Made by a program: the position numbers and the translations under genes. From assembly GCA_964599365.1 (NCBI GenBank), contig CAZRFL010000012.1, positions 2,241 to 66,240 on the forward strand: a stretch of DNA of 64,000 bases, written 5' to 3'. The notes beneath the pieces are model-generated. The model saw nothing but the letters and a program-made list of their open reading frames with translations. It was not told the origin of the DNA and made no database searches. Source of the DNA: an uncultured Bacteroidales bacterium (lineage in GTDB: Bacteria > Bacteroidota > Bacteroidia > Bacteroidales > CAIWKO01). Positions 46,622 to 56,300 of this stretch are shown here, in pieces (position 1 is the first letter of the stretch; every line of letters starts with the position of its first letter).

Positions 46622-47272
46622 TTAATTCGATCTGGTATAAACCGTCGTTCCATTATAAATGATACCGGAAACTGAATCAGTAAAGTTTATTTCAAATATG
46701 GTATGATCGTTTATGGTCTTGATGAAACCCTCACCTGAAAATGCATGGGTTTGAGCTGGAGAACCGGCATTCACAATCTGATGCGGAATATTAATAGTGT
46801 CGTTTCTTAGGTCAGCATAAACAACGGCAGTTGCAATATCAGAATATCCTACCACCCAAACACGTTTGTTCAGTATGTTCGAAACAGTCGATACCGCTTG
46901 GTAATAAGTGGTGTCAGTTCCTATTACTGCCATAGCATTATAGTTGCCATTATACTCTTCAGCTTCATTCCTGACCACAACGGTACGTATGGCTTCAGCC
47001 TGATTCCCTGCTGCATCCATTGCCGTATATTTTATATAGTAGTTACCGGCAAAGTTCGTGTCAACTGTCCCTTCACTACTAACTGACAGTATGCCATCAG
47101 CATTGTCGGTGGCTGTCGCTCCGGCATCAGTATAGGGCGTATTTAAGGTGACAATTATAAGGGAAGAGCCTTTTATGGTTATTTCCGGAAGTGTCTCATC
47201 CTTTTTTGAGCAGCCGGCGACCAGAATAAAAATGAATAGGGATATGATAATGGGAAATTTCACAGACTTCAT
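46622..47272 (-). CDS. DUF5011 domain lipoprotein with paralogue-specific C-terminal domain
   Basis: Lipobox VAGC. A DUF5011 module is followed by a C-terminal module of about 110 aa (INIPHQ...FSGEGF) shared with the next two genes. Confidence 0.7.
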   Translation of the reverse strand: MKSVKFPIIISLFIFILVAGCSKKDETLPEITIKGSSLIIVTLNTPYTDAGATATDNADGILSVSSEGTVDTNFAGNYYIKYTAMDAAGNQAEAIRTVVVRNEAEEYNGNYNAMAVIGTDTTYYQAVSTVSNILNKRVWVVGYSDIATAVVYADLRNDTINIPHQIVNAGSPAQTHAFSGEGFIKTINDHTIFEINFTDSVSGIIYNGTTVYTRSN

Positions 47273-47296
47273 TTTTAATAATGCAATTAGGTGTTA

Positions 47297-47932
47297 TCAA
47301 TTCAGTTTGTATTCTCCACGGCCTGTAAACACTGACGAGGAGTCAACAACGGTGTAATTGATGATGAAAGCAGTATCTGCAACAAAACTGCCGGTTCCTG
47401 AAAAAGTAACCAGGCGGGCAGGAATTCCGCAGGTATCAGTTTGCTGAGGGATATTAATAGTGGTTCCTGTCAAGTTTGCAAGCACATGAGCGTTTTTATA
47501 GTAGGCAAATCTGTTAAATTCCAACACATTGTTGGTAGTGGTGACTGATAGTGTGTCGGTATATGTTGAATTGAGAACAATCCCTATGTAGTTTTTTACA
47601 GTAAAAATACCTTGCAGATATAAGGCTGCATCCACAATTACAGTCCTGGTTGCACTCGTTTCATTACCTGCCTCATCGGTTGCTTTGTAAGTTACCGTAT
47701 AGCTGGCTGCCGAATACATATTGACTGTGCTATCAACTGCATAGGTTAGCGTACCGTCCATGTCGTCGGTAACAATAGCTCCAGGCTCTGAATATTTTGC
47801 CGCACTACCCCATTCCACCACATCCGGATTGTTGCCTTTTAATGTGATAATCGGTTTTACTGCATCATTTTTTTTACAAGATACAATAACAACCATAGCA
47901 AGAAAGAGTAATAAATAGGTGAGTTTTTTCAT
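47297..47932 (-). CDS. DUF5011 domain lipoprotein paralogue
   Basis: Lipobox IVSC. PIITLKGNNPDVV...GAIVTDDMDG...YKATDEAGNETSATRTVIV, then NRFAYY...INIPQQ...FSGTGSF. Confidence 0.7.
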   Translation of the reverse strand: MKKLTYLLLFLAMVVIVSCKKNDAVKPIITLKGNNPDVVEWGSAAKYSEPGAIVTDDMDGTLTYAVDSTVNMYSAASYTVTYKATDEAGNETSATRTVIVDAALYLQGIFTVKNYIGIVLNSTYTDTLSVTTTNNVLEFNRFAYYKNAHVLANLTGTTINIPQQTDTCGIPARLVTFSGTGSFVADTAFIINYTVVDSSSVFTGRGEYKLN

Positions 47933-48061
47933 AGTTAAGCGGGTTTTGAAATAATTATCAAATGTACGAATATTTATAAACCTGTTTGAAAAGAGTTCTT
48001 AAATAAAATTTCAAAAGTATGGCAGACTTAATCCTGCACCTATAATATATAATGAGAATGA

Positions 48062-48095
48062 TAAAAAAAAGACTGCCAATTTGGCAGCCTTTTTA
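48062..48095 (-). terminator. rho-independent terminator of the DUF5011 paralogue at 48122-48784
   Basis: On the minus strand, GGCTGCCAAATTGGCAGTC forms a hairpin followed by T8. It lies 27 nt after the stop. Confidence 0.6.
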
Positions 48096-48121
48096 TAAAA
48101 CGCTTTGAACGTTATCAAATA

Positions 48122-48784
48122 TTATTGTTTTGTGAAAACGTCAACACCAGTATAGGTAGCATCTGAAACTTCAGTCAGGTTAACTGTAATAACCATAGGT
48201 GAAGTTGTAACAGTGCCGCTACCTGTAAATGTGCGCATCATAGCTGGGCTTCCGCATGTAAATGATTGTTGTGGTAAAGTACATGAAGTGTGAGCAGAAT
48301 TCAAATCAATGTACGGTGAACAACCTGTATAATATGCAAATCTGCTGAAAATTATACGATTGTTAGTAGTTGATGATGCAGTAATGGTTTCTGTCCATGC
48401 AAAATGCCAGGTTCCACTGATACCATCATCGGTAGCATTATATGTGCCTGCAAATGCTTTTGCATCATTTTCTACAGTAACGGTTCTTTTTACTTCTCCG
48501 GTGTTGCCATCAGCATCTGTTGCGGAGTATGTGTAAACGTAATCGCCTGCTAAATCTTTATTGAAAGCAGGAGCAACCGTAACAGTCACAGTTAATACAG
48601 CACCCTTACTGTCTTTTGCAGTAGCACCTGGGTCGGTAAAAGCTGCATTTAATGATGAAGTAATAGTTGCATCACCATTCAATGTTACTGTTGGTTTTGT
48701 TGTGTTTGTTTTATCACAACTTGTGATCGTAAACATGCCTGCAATAAGAACTACAGACGCGAAAATTAAAGCAATTTTTTTCAT
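48122..48784 (-). CDS. DUF5011 domain lipoprotein paralogue
   Basis: Start at MKKIALIF, lipobox ITSC. The DUF5011 module is followed by SRFAYY...TLPQQ...FTGSGTV. Confidence 0.7.
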   Translation of the reverse strand: MKKIALIFASVVLIAGMFTITSCDKTNTTKPTVTLNGDATITSSLNAAFTDPGATAKDSKGAVLTVTVTVAPAFNKDLAGDYVYTYSATDADGNTGEVKRTVTVENDAKAFAGTYNATDDGISGTWHFAWTETITASSTTNNRIIFSRFAYYTGCSPYIDLNSAHTSCTLPQQSFTCGSPAMMRTFTGSGTVTTSPMVITVNLTEVSDATYTGVDVFTKQ

Positions 48785-48919
48785 TTTTCTTTGGTTTTGG
48801 TTAATAAACATTATTGGTTTTTAATTATTCTTAATTAGCAATTATGGTGCAAAAGTACAGAAAAAATAAAATTTTCTCGATTTTTTTTGAAAAAAAATTT
48901 TGTTTTAGAAATTTTATAT

Positions 48920-48927
48920 TACTTTTG
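48920..48927 (+). promoter_or_regulatory. -7 box TAnnTTTG
   Basis: TACTTTTG lies 32 nt upstream of the ATG at 48959. This supports the shorter start. Confidence 0.5.
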
Positions 48928-48958
48928 CAATTCAAAATCCTTAAAAAAAGTTAAAAAA

Positions 48959-49219
48959 ATGAAAAAAGTATTTACTTTAATCGTAGCTGCCAGTATGGTT
49001 TCTCTTATTGCTTGCGGACCAAGTGCTGAAGAAAAAGCTGCAAAAGAAAAAGCAAAACAAGACTCAATTGCTAATGCTCAGAAAGAACTGGCTATCCAGG
49101 ATTCAATCGCAGCAGTAGAAAAAGCAAAACAAGATTCAATTGCTAACGCACAGAAAATTGCTGATTCAATCGCAGCAGCTGCTGAAGCAAAAAAAGGTGG
49201 TAAAAAAGCCAAAAAATAA
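48959..49219 (+). CDS. small lipoprotein with about 11-residue A/K/D/S-rich repeats
   Basis: MKKVFTLIVAASMVSLIAC lipobox, then (E/Q)KAKQDSIANA-type repeats and a KKGGKKAKK tail. Confidence 0.65.
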   Translation: MKKVFTLIVAASMVSLIACGPSAEEKAAKEKAKQDSIANAQKELAIQDSIAAVEKAKQDSIANAQKIADSIAAAAEAKKGGKKAKK

Positions 49220-49240
49220 TTGATTATTCGTAATCAGGAA

Positions 49241-49269
49241 AAAGGCAGATTTTATCTGCCTTTTTTTTT
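49241..49269 (+). terminator. rho-independent terminator
   Basis: AAAGGCAGAT-ttt-ATCTGCCTTT followed by a T-run. Confidence 0.8.
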
Positions 49270-49341
49270 GATTTGTTAAGAGAAGTTAATTTCCTGTTGA
49301 TAAAAAAATCATTTTTTTTATCTCCTGAGATTTATTTGTAT

Positions 49342-49349
49342 TAACTTTG
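49342..49349 (+). promoter_or_regulatory. -7 box TAnnTTTG
   Basis: TAACTTTG lies 33 nt upstream of the ATG at 49382. The spacing matches that of the paralogue upstream. Confidence 0.5.
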
Positions 49350-49381
49350 CATCCAAATTCATAACCAAAAACTTTGAAAAA

Positions 49382-49684
49382 ATGAAAAAATTATTAAGTG
49401 TATTAGTTATCGCCGGTATGGCAGCTTTAGTATCCTGCGGACCAAGTGCAGAAGAAATTGCAGCTAAAGAAAAAGCAAAACAAGATTCAATTGCAGCAGT
49501 TCAGAAAGCAAAAGATGATTCAATTGCAGCAGTTCAGAAAGCAAAAGATGATTCAATTGCAGCAGCTACAAAAGCAAAAGAAGATTCAATTGCAGCAGCA
49601 GCAGCTAAAAAAGGCACAAAAGGAACAAAACCAACCACAAAACCTGGTCAGGTTACTAAAAATGCTCCTAAAGGAAAAGGTTGA
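49382..49684 (+). CDS. small lipoprotein with exact 11-residue (33-bp) repeats, paralogue of 48959-49219
   Basis: Lipobox ALVSC. QKAKDDSIAAV is repeated with DSIA at an 11-aa period. At the DNA level there are four 33-bp units at 49472-49603. Confidence 0.65.
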   Translation: MKKLLSVLVIAGMAALVSCGPSAEEIAAKEKAKQDSIAAVQKAKDDSIAAVQKAKDDSIAAATKAKEDSIAAAAAKKGTKGTKPTTKPGQVTKNAPKGKG

Positions 49685-49705
49685 TCCTAACCGAATTTCT
49701 TAATG

Positions 49706-49737
49706 AAAAAGAGGCTGATTTATCAGCCTCTTTTTTT
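49706..49737. terminator. bidirectional rho-independent terminator
   Basis: A5-GAGGCTGA-ttta-TCAGCCTC-T7. It overlaps the stop of the convergent gene at 49736. Confidence 0.8.
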
Positions 49738-50428
49738 ATTTTCCACAAATTTCCCTTAGGAAACTCAATATGCTATACAATTCAACTGATGCCTCATCTG
49801 GATAGACTATATGAGATTCATCATTACAACCATCCTTTGCTAAAATGAAAAGACTATATTTTTGTGAACTCAATTCAGGTAGTTTTATGATCTTTCCTTG
49901 CAGTTTTTCTCTTTCAATATAAAAATCAGCTATCCTTTTTTTATCAGTTTCCGTTTTTGGAGTGTATATAATATTGCCTTTAGAACTTAATTTTTGATCC
50001 TTTAAGGATGTTATTTTGAACTTTTCAGGCAACAGACGTATCTCGTTATATGTACTCTGATTCACAAGAGTCGCTTCCTGTATTTTAAGGAAGTCCCATT
50101 TGTCTTCGTATTTTATTGTGATTTTGGAAACCGATTTTTTTCCATTTGCTAATATTCTTTTATTCCTTTCATCTTTCTTTTCGAAAGGAACATTTAATGT
50201 GTTTTCTGTTAGCTCCCAAATGGAATCGTTTTTTTGAAAAATAAAATTACCTTTTTCCTCTTTGAAATTCCATCCCTTCGGAATGTAATCGATTAGAATA
50301 TTAATTATGCCATCAGTTGTGTAACCTTTTTTTACAACATCTTCTTCTGAATACTGAGCGGAAAGACTCTGTGTAGATATTAGAATCATTATAATAATGA
50401 CATAAAACTCTGAGATTATCTTTTTCAT
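49736..50428 (-). CDS. hypothetical secreted protein
   Basis: 230-aa ORF with a signal peptide (IMILISTQSLSAQ), very AT-rich, no recognised domain. Confidence 0.45.
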   Translation of the reverse strand: MKKIISEFYVIIIMILISTQSLSAQYSEEDVVKKGYTTDGIINILIDYIPKGWNFKEEKGNFIFQKNDSIWELTENTLNVPFEKKDERNKRILANGKKSVSKITIKYEDKWDFLKIQEATLVNQSTYNEIRLLPEKFKITSLKDQKLSSKGNIIYTPKTETDKKRIADFYIEREKLQGKIIKLPELSSQKYSLFILAKDGCNDESHIVYPDEASVELYSILSFLREICGK

Positions 50429-50517
50429 AAAAATAATTTGGTATTAGTTGTAGCCCAAAAAACGTACCATAAAACTATAAATTTTTTAATTCATTTCGGA
50501 GGTTACTTATGTTTGAC

Positions 50518-50525
50518 TAAATTTG
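50518..50525 (+). promoter_or_regulatory. -7 box TAnnTTTG (a second candidate TATGTTTG at 50508-50515)
   Basis: TAAATTTG lies 24 nt upstream of the ATG at 50549. Confidence 0.4.
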
Positions 50526-50548
50526 CCGGGTTAAATAAACTTTACATT

Positions 50549-51778
50549 ATGGAGCAAAATAAGTTGGTAACTATTGGAAATAAGGGTAAAGGAGTAAGAT
50601 CCGACTGCTTTATTTCGTTGGAATTGACCGATTCCGGAGGTATTATAATTGAATTGACTAGTAAGGTCAAGGCACTTTATGGCAAAACAATTGTCGAGCA
50701 GGTTAAAGATATTCTGAATTTCTTCGAAATTAAAAATGCAAAAGTCAGTATTGAGGATTCGGGAGCTTTAGCTTTTCTCATTGCAGCACGCATGGAAGCA
50801 GCTATAAAATTATTGATTCAAACGGATAAAGAGTATTTAACACCTTTTCTGGAATCAAATCGTTATTCTACCGAAAAGAGCCGCAACCGTTATTCTAGGC
50901 TATATCTTCCGGGAAATACTACTAATCTTATGATTAATGCAGGGATTCATAATCCCGATGGGATTATTCTTGATTTAGAAGATGCTGTTGCTCCAGATAA
51001 AAAATACGAAGCAGGATTTGTGGTTCGGAATGCCTTACGAAGCCTTGATTTTTATGGCTGTGAAAGAATGGTGAGAATCAATCAGATACCCAGGGGGCTA
51101 GATGATCTGAAACTAATTGTTCCAAATAATGTAAATCTGATATTGGTTCCGAAATGCGAAAGTGCAGAACAGATCCGTCAGGTTAATTCACGGATTGATG
51201 AAATTCGAAAAGCTAAAAACATAAATGGTAGTATATGGCTGATGCCTATTATTGAAAGCGCTTTGGGTGTGATGAAGGCTTTTGAAATTGCTACTGCTGC
51301 TGAAAATGTTGTCGCTTTGGCAATAGGACTGGAAGATTATACTGCTGATCTTGGTGTCAGAAGAACAAACGAAGCTTCCGAATCATTCTTTGCACGAAGC
51401 ATGATAGTTAATGCTTGCCATGCTGCAGGAATTCAGGCTATAGATTCTGTGTTTTCGGATGTTGCTGACATGGAAGGTTTAAAACAAAATGTTATAAAAT
51501 CAAAGGCTCTGGGATTTGATGGAATGGGATGCATTCACCCTCGTCAGATTAGGGTTATTCATGAGTATTTTGCTCCTGATGCAGTTGAAATTGAAAAAGC
51601 AAAGAAAATAGTAAAGGCTTTCATGATTGCACAGGAAAAAGGCCTTGGTGTAGTATCTCTTGGAACAAAAATGATTGATGCTCCAGTAGTGAAGAGAGCG
51701 CAAAAAATTATTGATATAGCAATTTCGTTGGGTAAAATTTCAAAAAACTGGAAGGAAGAAGAAAATGAAAAAGTATGA
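50549..51778 (+). CDS. citE: fused citrate lyase acyl-carrier (gamma, CitD) and citryl-CoA lyase (beta, CitE) protein
   Basis: The N-terminal ~95 aa resemble CitD (GKGVRSDCFISLE...EDSGALAFLIAARMEAAI). The rest resembles CitE/HpcH (RLYLPGNTTNLM...IILDLEDAV, ESALGV, IGLEDYTADLG). Start chosen at MEQNKLV. Confidence 0.75.
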   Translation: MEQNKLVTIGNKGKGVRSDCFISLELTDSGGIIIELTSKVKALYGKTIVEQVKDILNFFEIKNAKVSIEDSGALAFLIAARMEAAIKLLIQTDKEYLTPFLESNRYSTEKSRNRYSRLYLPGNTTNLMINAGIHNPDGIILDLEDAVAPDKKYEAGFVVRNALRSLDFYGCERMVRINQIPRGLDDLKLIVPNNVNLILVPKCESAEQIRQVNSRIDEIRKAKNINGSIWLMPIIESALGVMKAFEIATAAENVVALAIGLEDYTADLGVRRTNEASESFFARSMIVNACHAAGIQAIDSVFSDVADMEGLKQNVIKSKALGFDGMGCIHPRQIRVIHEYFAPDAVEIEKAKKIVKAFMIAQEKGLGVVSLGTKMIDAPVVKRAQKIIDIAISLGKISKNWKEEENEKV

Positions 51779-53327
51779 TAAGCTTGTAAAAAATGCTTTG
51801 GGACGCATAGTGCCAACTGAGATTAATGGCCAACCCGCTGTTCCTTATATGGGTGTGGGAAAATATAAACCCACCGGCCGGAAATATGCTCCACCGATTT
51901 CAAGCTGTGCCGATTATCCGGCAGACGGCAATAAAACCGTTCCCACCTTGAAGCAGGCCTTAATACAGGCAGGTCTGAAAGATGGAATGACTATATCGAC
52001 TCATCATCATTTTCGCAATGGCGACCTGATTGCTGAACAAATTTTTGATATCGCATCCGAAATGGGTGTTAAGGACCTGATGTGGTTTCCTTCTGCTTCT
52101 TTCGAATGCCATTCTCCCCTGGTAAAATATCTGGAAGATGGTACAATTCATCACATAGAAGGAAGTATGAACGGTTCATTGGGTCGTTTTACTTCAGATG
52201 GAAAAATGAAAGGCTTAGGAGTTCTTAGATCTCACGGAGGCAGATACCAGGCAGTGCAGGATGGGGATGTTCATATTGATATTGCGGTAATCGCTGCTCC
52301 AACGGCTGACCCATTTGGTAATGCTACTGGCGATAGAGGCCAGGCGGCTTGTGGTTTACTGGGTTTTGCGCTAGCTGATTCTCAATACGCCGATAAAGTT
52401 ATTGTTGTTACTGATAATTTGGTTCCATTCCCATGTATACCCTGGCAAATCCACGGAAATCTTGTTGACTATGTTGTGGTAATGGACAAGATAGGTATTC
52501 CTGAAAAGATTGTTTCAGGAACTACTGAGATTACTAAAAGCCCTGACCGACTTTTATTGGCAGAAATGTCAGCCCAATTTTGCGATGAAGCAGGTATCAT
52601 AAAAGATGGATTCTCTTTTCAGGCTGGTGCAGGCGGAACCGCACTTTCCATTGGTGTTTATTTTGCCGATATGCTGCGCGAAAGAGGAATGAAAGCACGT
52701 TTTGCTCGTGGTGGTAGTAATAAATATCTGGTAAAAATGCTGGAAGAAGGACTCACGGATTACATTCTTGATGGTCAAACTTTCGATCTGGAAGGAGTTC
52801 GTTCGATGCGCGAAAATGCCAACCATATCAACACTAGCCCATTTACCAGCTATAATTACCACGGTAAGGGAAACTTCTCATCTATGACAGATGTTGTGAT
52901 TCTTGGTGCCACAGAAGTGGATGTGAATTTCAATGCCAATGTGGTGACTCATTCAGACGGAGTGTTGCTTCATGGTATTGGGGGATGGCAGAATTGTATC
53001 TTCTCGAAATGCACCATACTCCCCATTCCATTATTCCGCGACAGGATACCTGTAATAATTGATGAAGTTACTACTATCTGCGGGCCCGGGGAACTGATTG
53101 ATGTAATCGTTACCGAGCGCGGCATTGCTATTAATCCCCTTAGGACAGACTTGATAGAAAAGATGAAGAACTCTACTTTGCCTATCAAAACCATTCAAGA
53201 GTTGAAAGCCGAAGCGGAAGCCATTTGTGGAAAGCCAGAAAAACTGGAGTTTGAAGATGAGATCGTGGCCGTAATAAAATGGGTTGACGGGACTGTGATA
53301 GATTCCGTGAGAAAGATCAAAAAATAA
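51765..53327 (+). CDS. citF: citrate lyase alpha subunit (citrate CoA-transferase)
   Basis: The full-length CitF pattern is present (MTISTHHHFRNGD, GGRYQAVQDG, FQAGAGGTALSI). The start overlaps citDE by 14 nt. Confidence 0.85.
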   Translation: MKKYDKLVKNALGRIVPTEINGQPAVPYMGVGKYKPTGRKYAPPISSCADYPADGNKTVPTLKQALIQAGLKDGMTISTHHHFRNGDLIAEQIFDIASEMGVKDLMWFPSASFECHSPLVKYLEDGTIHHIEGSMNGSLGRFTSDGKMKGLGVLRSHGGRYQAVQDGDVHIDIAVIAAPTADPFGNATGDRGQAACGLLGFALADSQYADKVIVVTDNLVPFPCIPWQIHGNLVDYVVVMDKIGIPEKIVSGTTEITKSPDRLLLAEMSAQFCDEAGIIKDGFSFQAGAGGTALSIGVYFADMLRERGMKARFARGGSNKYLVKMLEEGLTDYILDGQTFDLEGVRSMRENANHINTSPFTSYNYHGKGNFSSMTDVVILGATEVDVNFNANVVTHSDGVLLHGIGGWQNCIFSKCTILPIPLFRDRIPVIIDEVTTICGPGELIDVIVTERGIAINPLRTDLIEKMKNSTLPIKTIQELKAEAEAICGKPEKLEFEDEIVAVIKWVDGTVIDSVRKIKK

Positions 53328-53339
53328 TTTAATCAGCTT

Positions 53340-56300
53340 CTAACGCAACAGGGTAATATTCCCTTTTTTCAGGTATTTCACCTTATTGTGGCAGGTGGCA
53401 TCCAGGTAGTAGACAAACACTCCGGGATCGCATTTCTTACCACGGTAGGTTCCGTCCCATCCAATGTTCATGTCGTGGGACTCGAATACTTTTTCGCCCC
53501 ATCGGTCGTAGACCAGGAAGTCCATTTCAGAAACCATTTTACTTCTGACGAATAATACATCGTTACGGGCATCTCCATCGGGAGTGAATGCATTGGGAAC
53601 ATACACATAAGGATCGACACAGAAAACTTCCAGAACGGTTATTTTTAGAGTATCCAGATAGGTGCATCCGTTAGGGTCGGAGATGGTCAATATGTATGTG
53701 GTGGTTTGAGTGGGACTGGCAATGGGGTTGGCTGAATTGGGATCATCAAGACCAGTGGAGGGTACCCATGTGTAACTGCAGGTTGGGATAGTTGTTGCAT
53801 GCAGACCGGTTGACTGTCCCTGATATATGGTATCCTTATCGGAATATACATCCACATGGCTGAATATAGAATCAACAATTAGTGTAAACGATTCTGTCAA
53901 CTGACAAAGTTCTGAATCGTTAATAGTAACAGAATATGTTCCTGCGCAAAGCCCACTGATTTGATTTGTAGCACCACCGGTACTCCAGCTATAGGAATAG
54001 GGGGGAGTACCGCCTGTCATATTTAATGTAATACTTCCCACACAGGCTTCATCACAGGGAAGATTCACCAGTTGAGCATTAGTCAATAGTGGATCAGGTT
54101 GGGGAAGTATAACTGTAGAAACCGAAATACAGGTGGATAGATCTGTAACTGTTACCGTATAAGTGCCGGCACATAATCCGGAAATAGTATCGTTGGAGCC
54201 TCCGTTACTCCAGTTGTATGTGAAAGGAGGAGTCCCTGCGGAGATCAAAACTGCTGCCCATCCATCGCAACTATCGTGGCAGGCTGGCGGATGTATGTTA
54301 AACGAATCGGCCACTACAACAAATGAAACCAACACACTGTCAATGGCAGTGCAATACCCGTTGTCGACCGACACATAATAATAAGTAGGGGCTGTGATGT
54401 TGGTTGTGATGGAGGGATTGGAATGGGGCATATTTAACCAGTCCGTAAAGTCGTGATTGGTCGACCAATGGAAAACATTCGCATCCTGCCCCGTATTTGC
54501 TGTTAAGGTTATTTGCCCGTCGCAGGTGGTGGTGTCGCTTCCCGCAAAGGCATCCAGATTATATACCACCAGGTTTTGTCGAAGTGTATCAGTGCAAACT
54601 CCGTTCGAAACCAATAGTGTGTAAGTCATTGATATGGGTGGATTGGCAATGGGATTGCATATGTGAGGATCGCTAAGGAAGAATGCCGGTGACCACTGGA
54701 AGGTTACTGTAGAATCGCCCGTAGGCAATATCCCAATCTGTGTGAAATCGCCATTGCATATACGTTTGGTGGGAATAGTATCACTGGTATTGGAAAGTAC
54801 CAATACCTGTTTTGCAATGGTATCGGAGAAGTTACAGGTTCCGGTATCGGTCACCGCCAGGGTCACAATGTAAATGCCGTTGTTATTATAATAATGTGTG
54901 GGGTTGGTGAGAGTAGAATAGGTCCCGTCGCCAAAATCCCATGAAAAGGTCATGCCTACTCCTCCTGAGTAAGAAGTGTTATTGAAATGTACCGAATCAG
55001 GCAGACAGATGACAGGTGGAAGATGGAAATCGGCAATGGTAATAGGCAACATGAAATCGAACTTGAAGGTCCCGTTGTTGCAATTATTGCTGTTGTTGGT
55101 GTTCGACCAGGCTCCGGGTGTGGTAGGGAAATCGTCGTTGCTGCCGCAACCGGCACAGACTGACTGATATATTTTTCCTTTACGGTCGAAACGCGAAGTG
55201 CCCCCGTCAACGTGTTCCTGGCTGAAAGGTCCCCCGAAATACGTTCCGTATTCCATGGCCGAAGCATCATCTTTAATTACCAAAAGGTAGAAATCATTGT
55301 TATCTGTTGATGATTGAAAGGCATTACCCGAAATAGGCAGACCACTGGTGCCACCGCTGCCGTTGAGCGAACCTCCCCATCCCGATAGGTAAATTTTAGC
55401 ACAGAGATCGACCAGGAATGCTGTTGGGGATATATTGATGATGCCGCTTCCGGTTCCGAATGCTGTGGACCACACACGGCTGTTGAGTTTAGGATTGAAT
55501 TTGGTAATGAATTGTCCTCCTCCCGGTTGGTTCCAGGCAGCATTTTGTATAAATACACTCCCTGCATCTGTGGTTTGTCCGTAAACAAAAATGTGACCTT
55601 TTTTACTTCGATCCATGAGGTAGTTTTGATCGTATGACGATGAACCGTAGTAGGTGGATGCCTGTATGCTACTTCCGTTCGGAGCAATTCGTGTGATGAA
55701 TCCATCGGATGTTCCCCCGTTGTAAGTAGTTTGGTAAGCGCCTGGTGTGCTGGGAAAATCGGTGGAGGTGGTTCCTCCGCAAACATAAATGTTCATGGTG
55801 TCGTCGACGGTAATACCATAAATGGCATCCAATTGCGAGCCTCCCAAATAGGACGACCATATCATGTTTTGAAGGTTGTTGTCGAGCACACTGATACATC
55901 CGTCAAGAGTTCCTCCTGCTGAAGAAGGCTGAAATACACCGGGGGTGACAGGGAAATCGGCCGAAGAGGTAGTGGAGACTATATACACATTGTTGTTTAT
56001 GTCGATATTGATCTCTCCCCGGGCACCGTCGGCATAATTGTGCGAAAGCGGAGCATAAAGATTAAGACCATCGTTGCCCGTTCCACCAAGATAAGTGGAC
56101 GACAATAGTTGATTGCCTGCTGCATTGAGCTTGGCAACCCACATATCCACTCCCAAAGCAAAAGTGAGCACATTGTCGTAGGTGATATTTCCACCTCCGT
56201 TGAAAGTTGCATCGAAAGCATTGGCCCCCATGGGAAAATCAGGGGAACCCGTGGTGCCGAAAAGCAAAAGGTTGCCATTAATGTCGACTATAGTACTATG

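Noticed and set aside
50438-50548. Upstream extension of the citD-citE ORF, and similar extensions at 48887-48958, 15624-15656, 17087-17125, 58849-58911, 60578-60703 and 48785-48811
   Set aside because: The extensions contain the predicted -7 promoter boxes or palindromes, or they overlap upstream genes. The internal starts give canonical N-termini or signal peptides.
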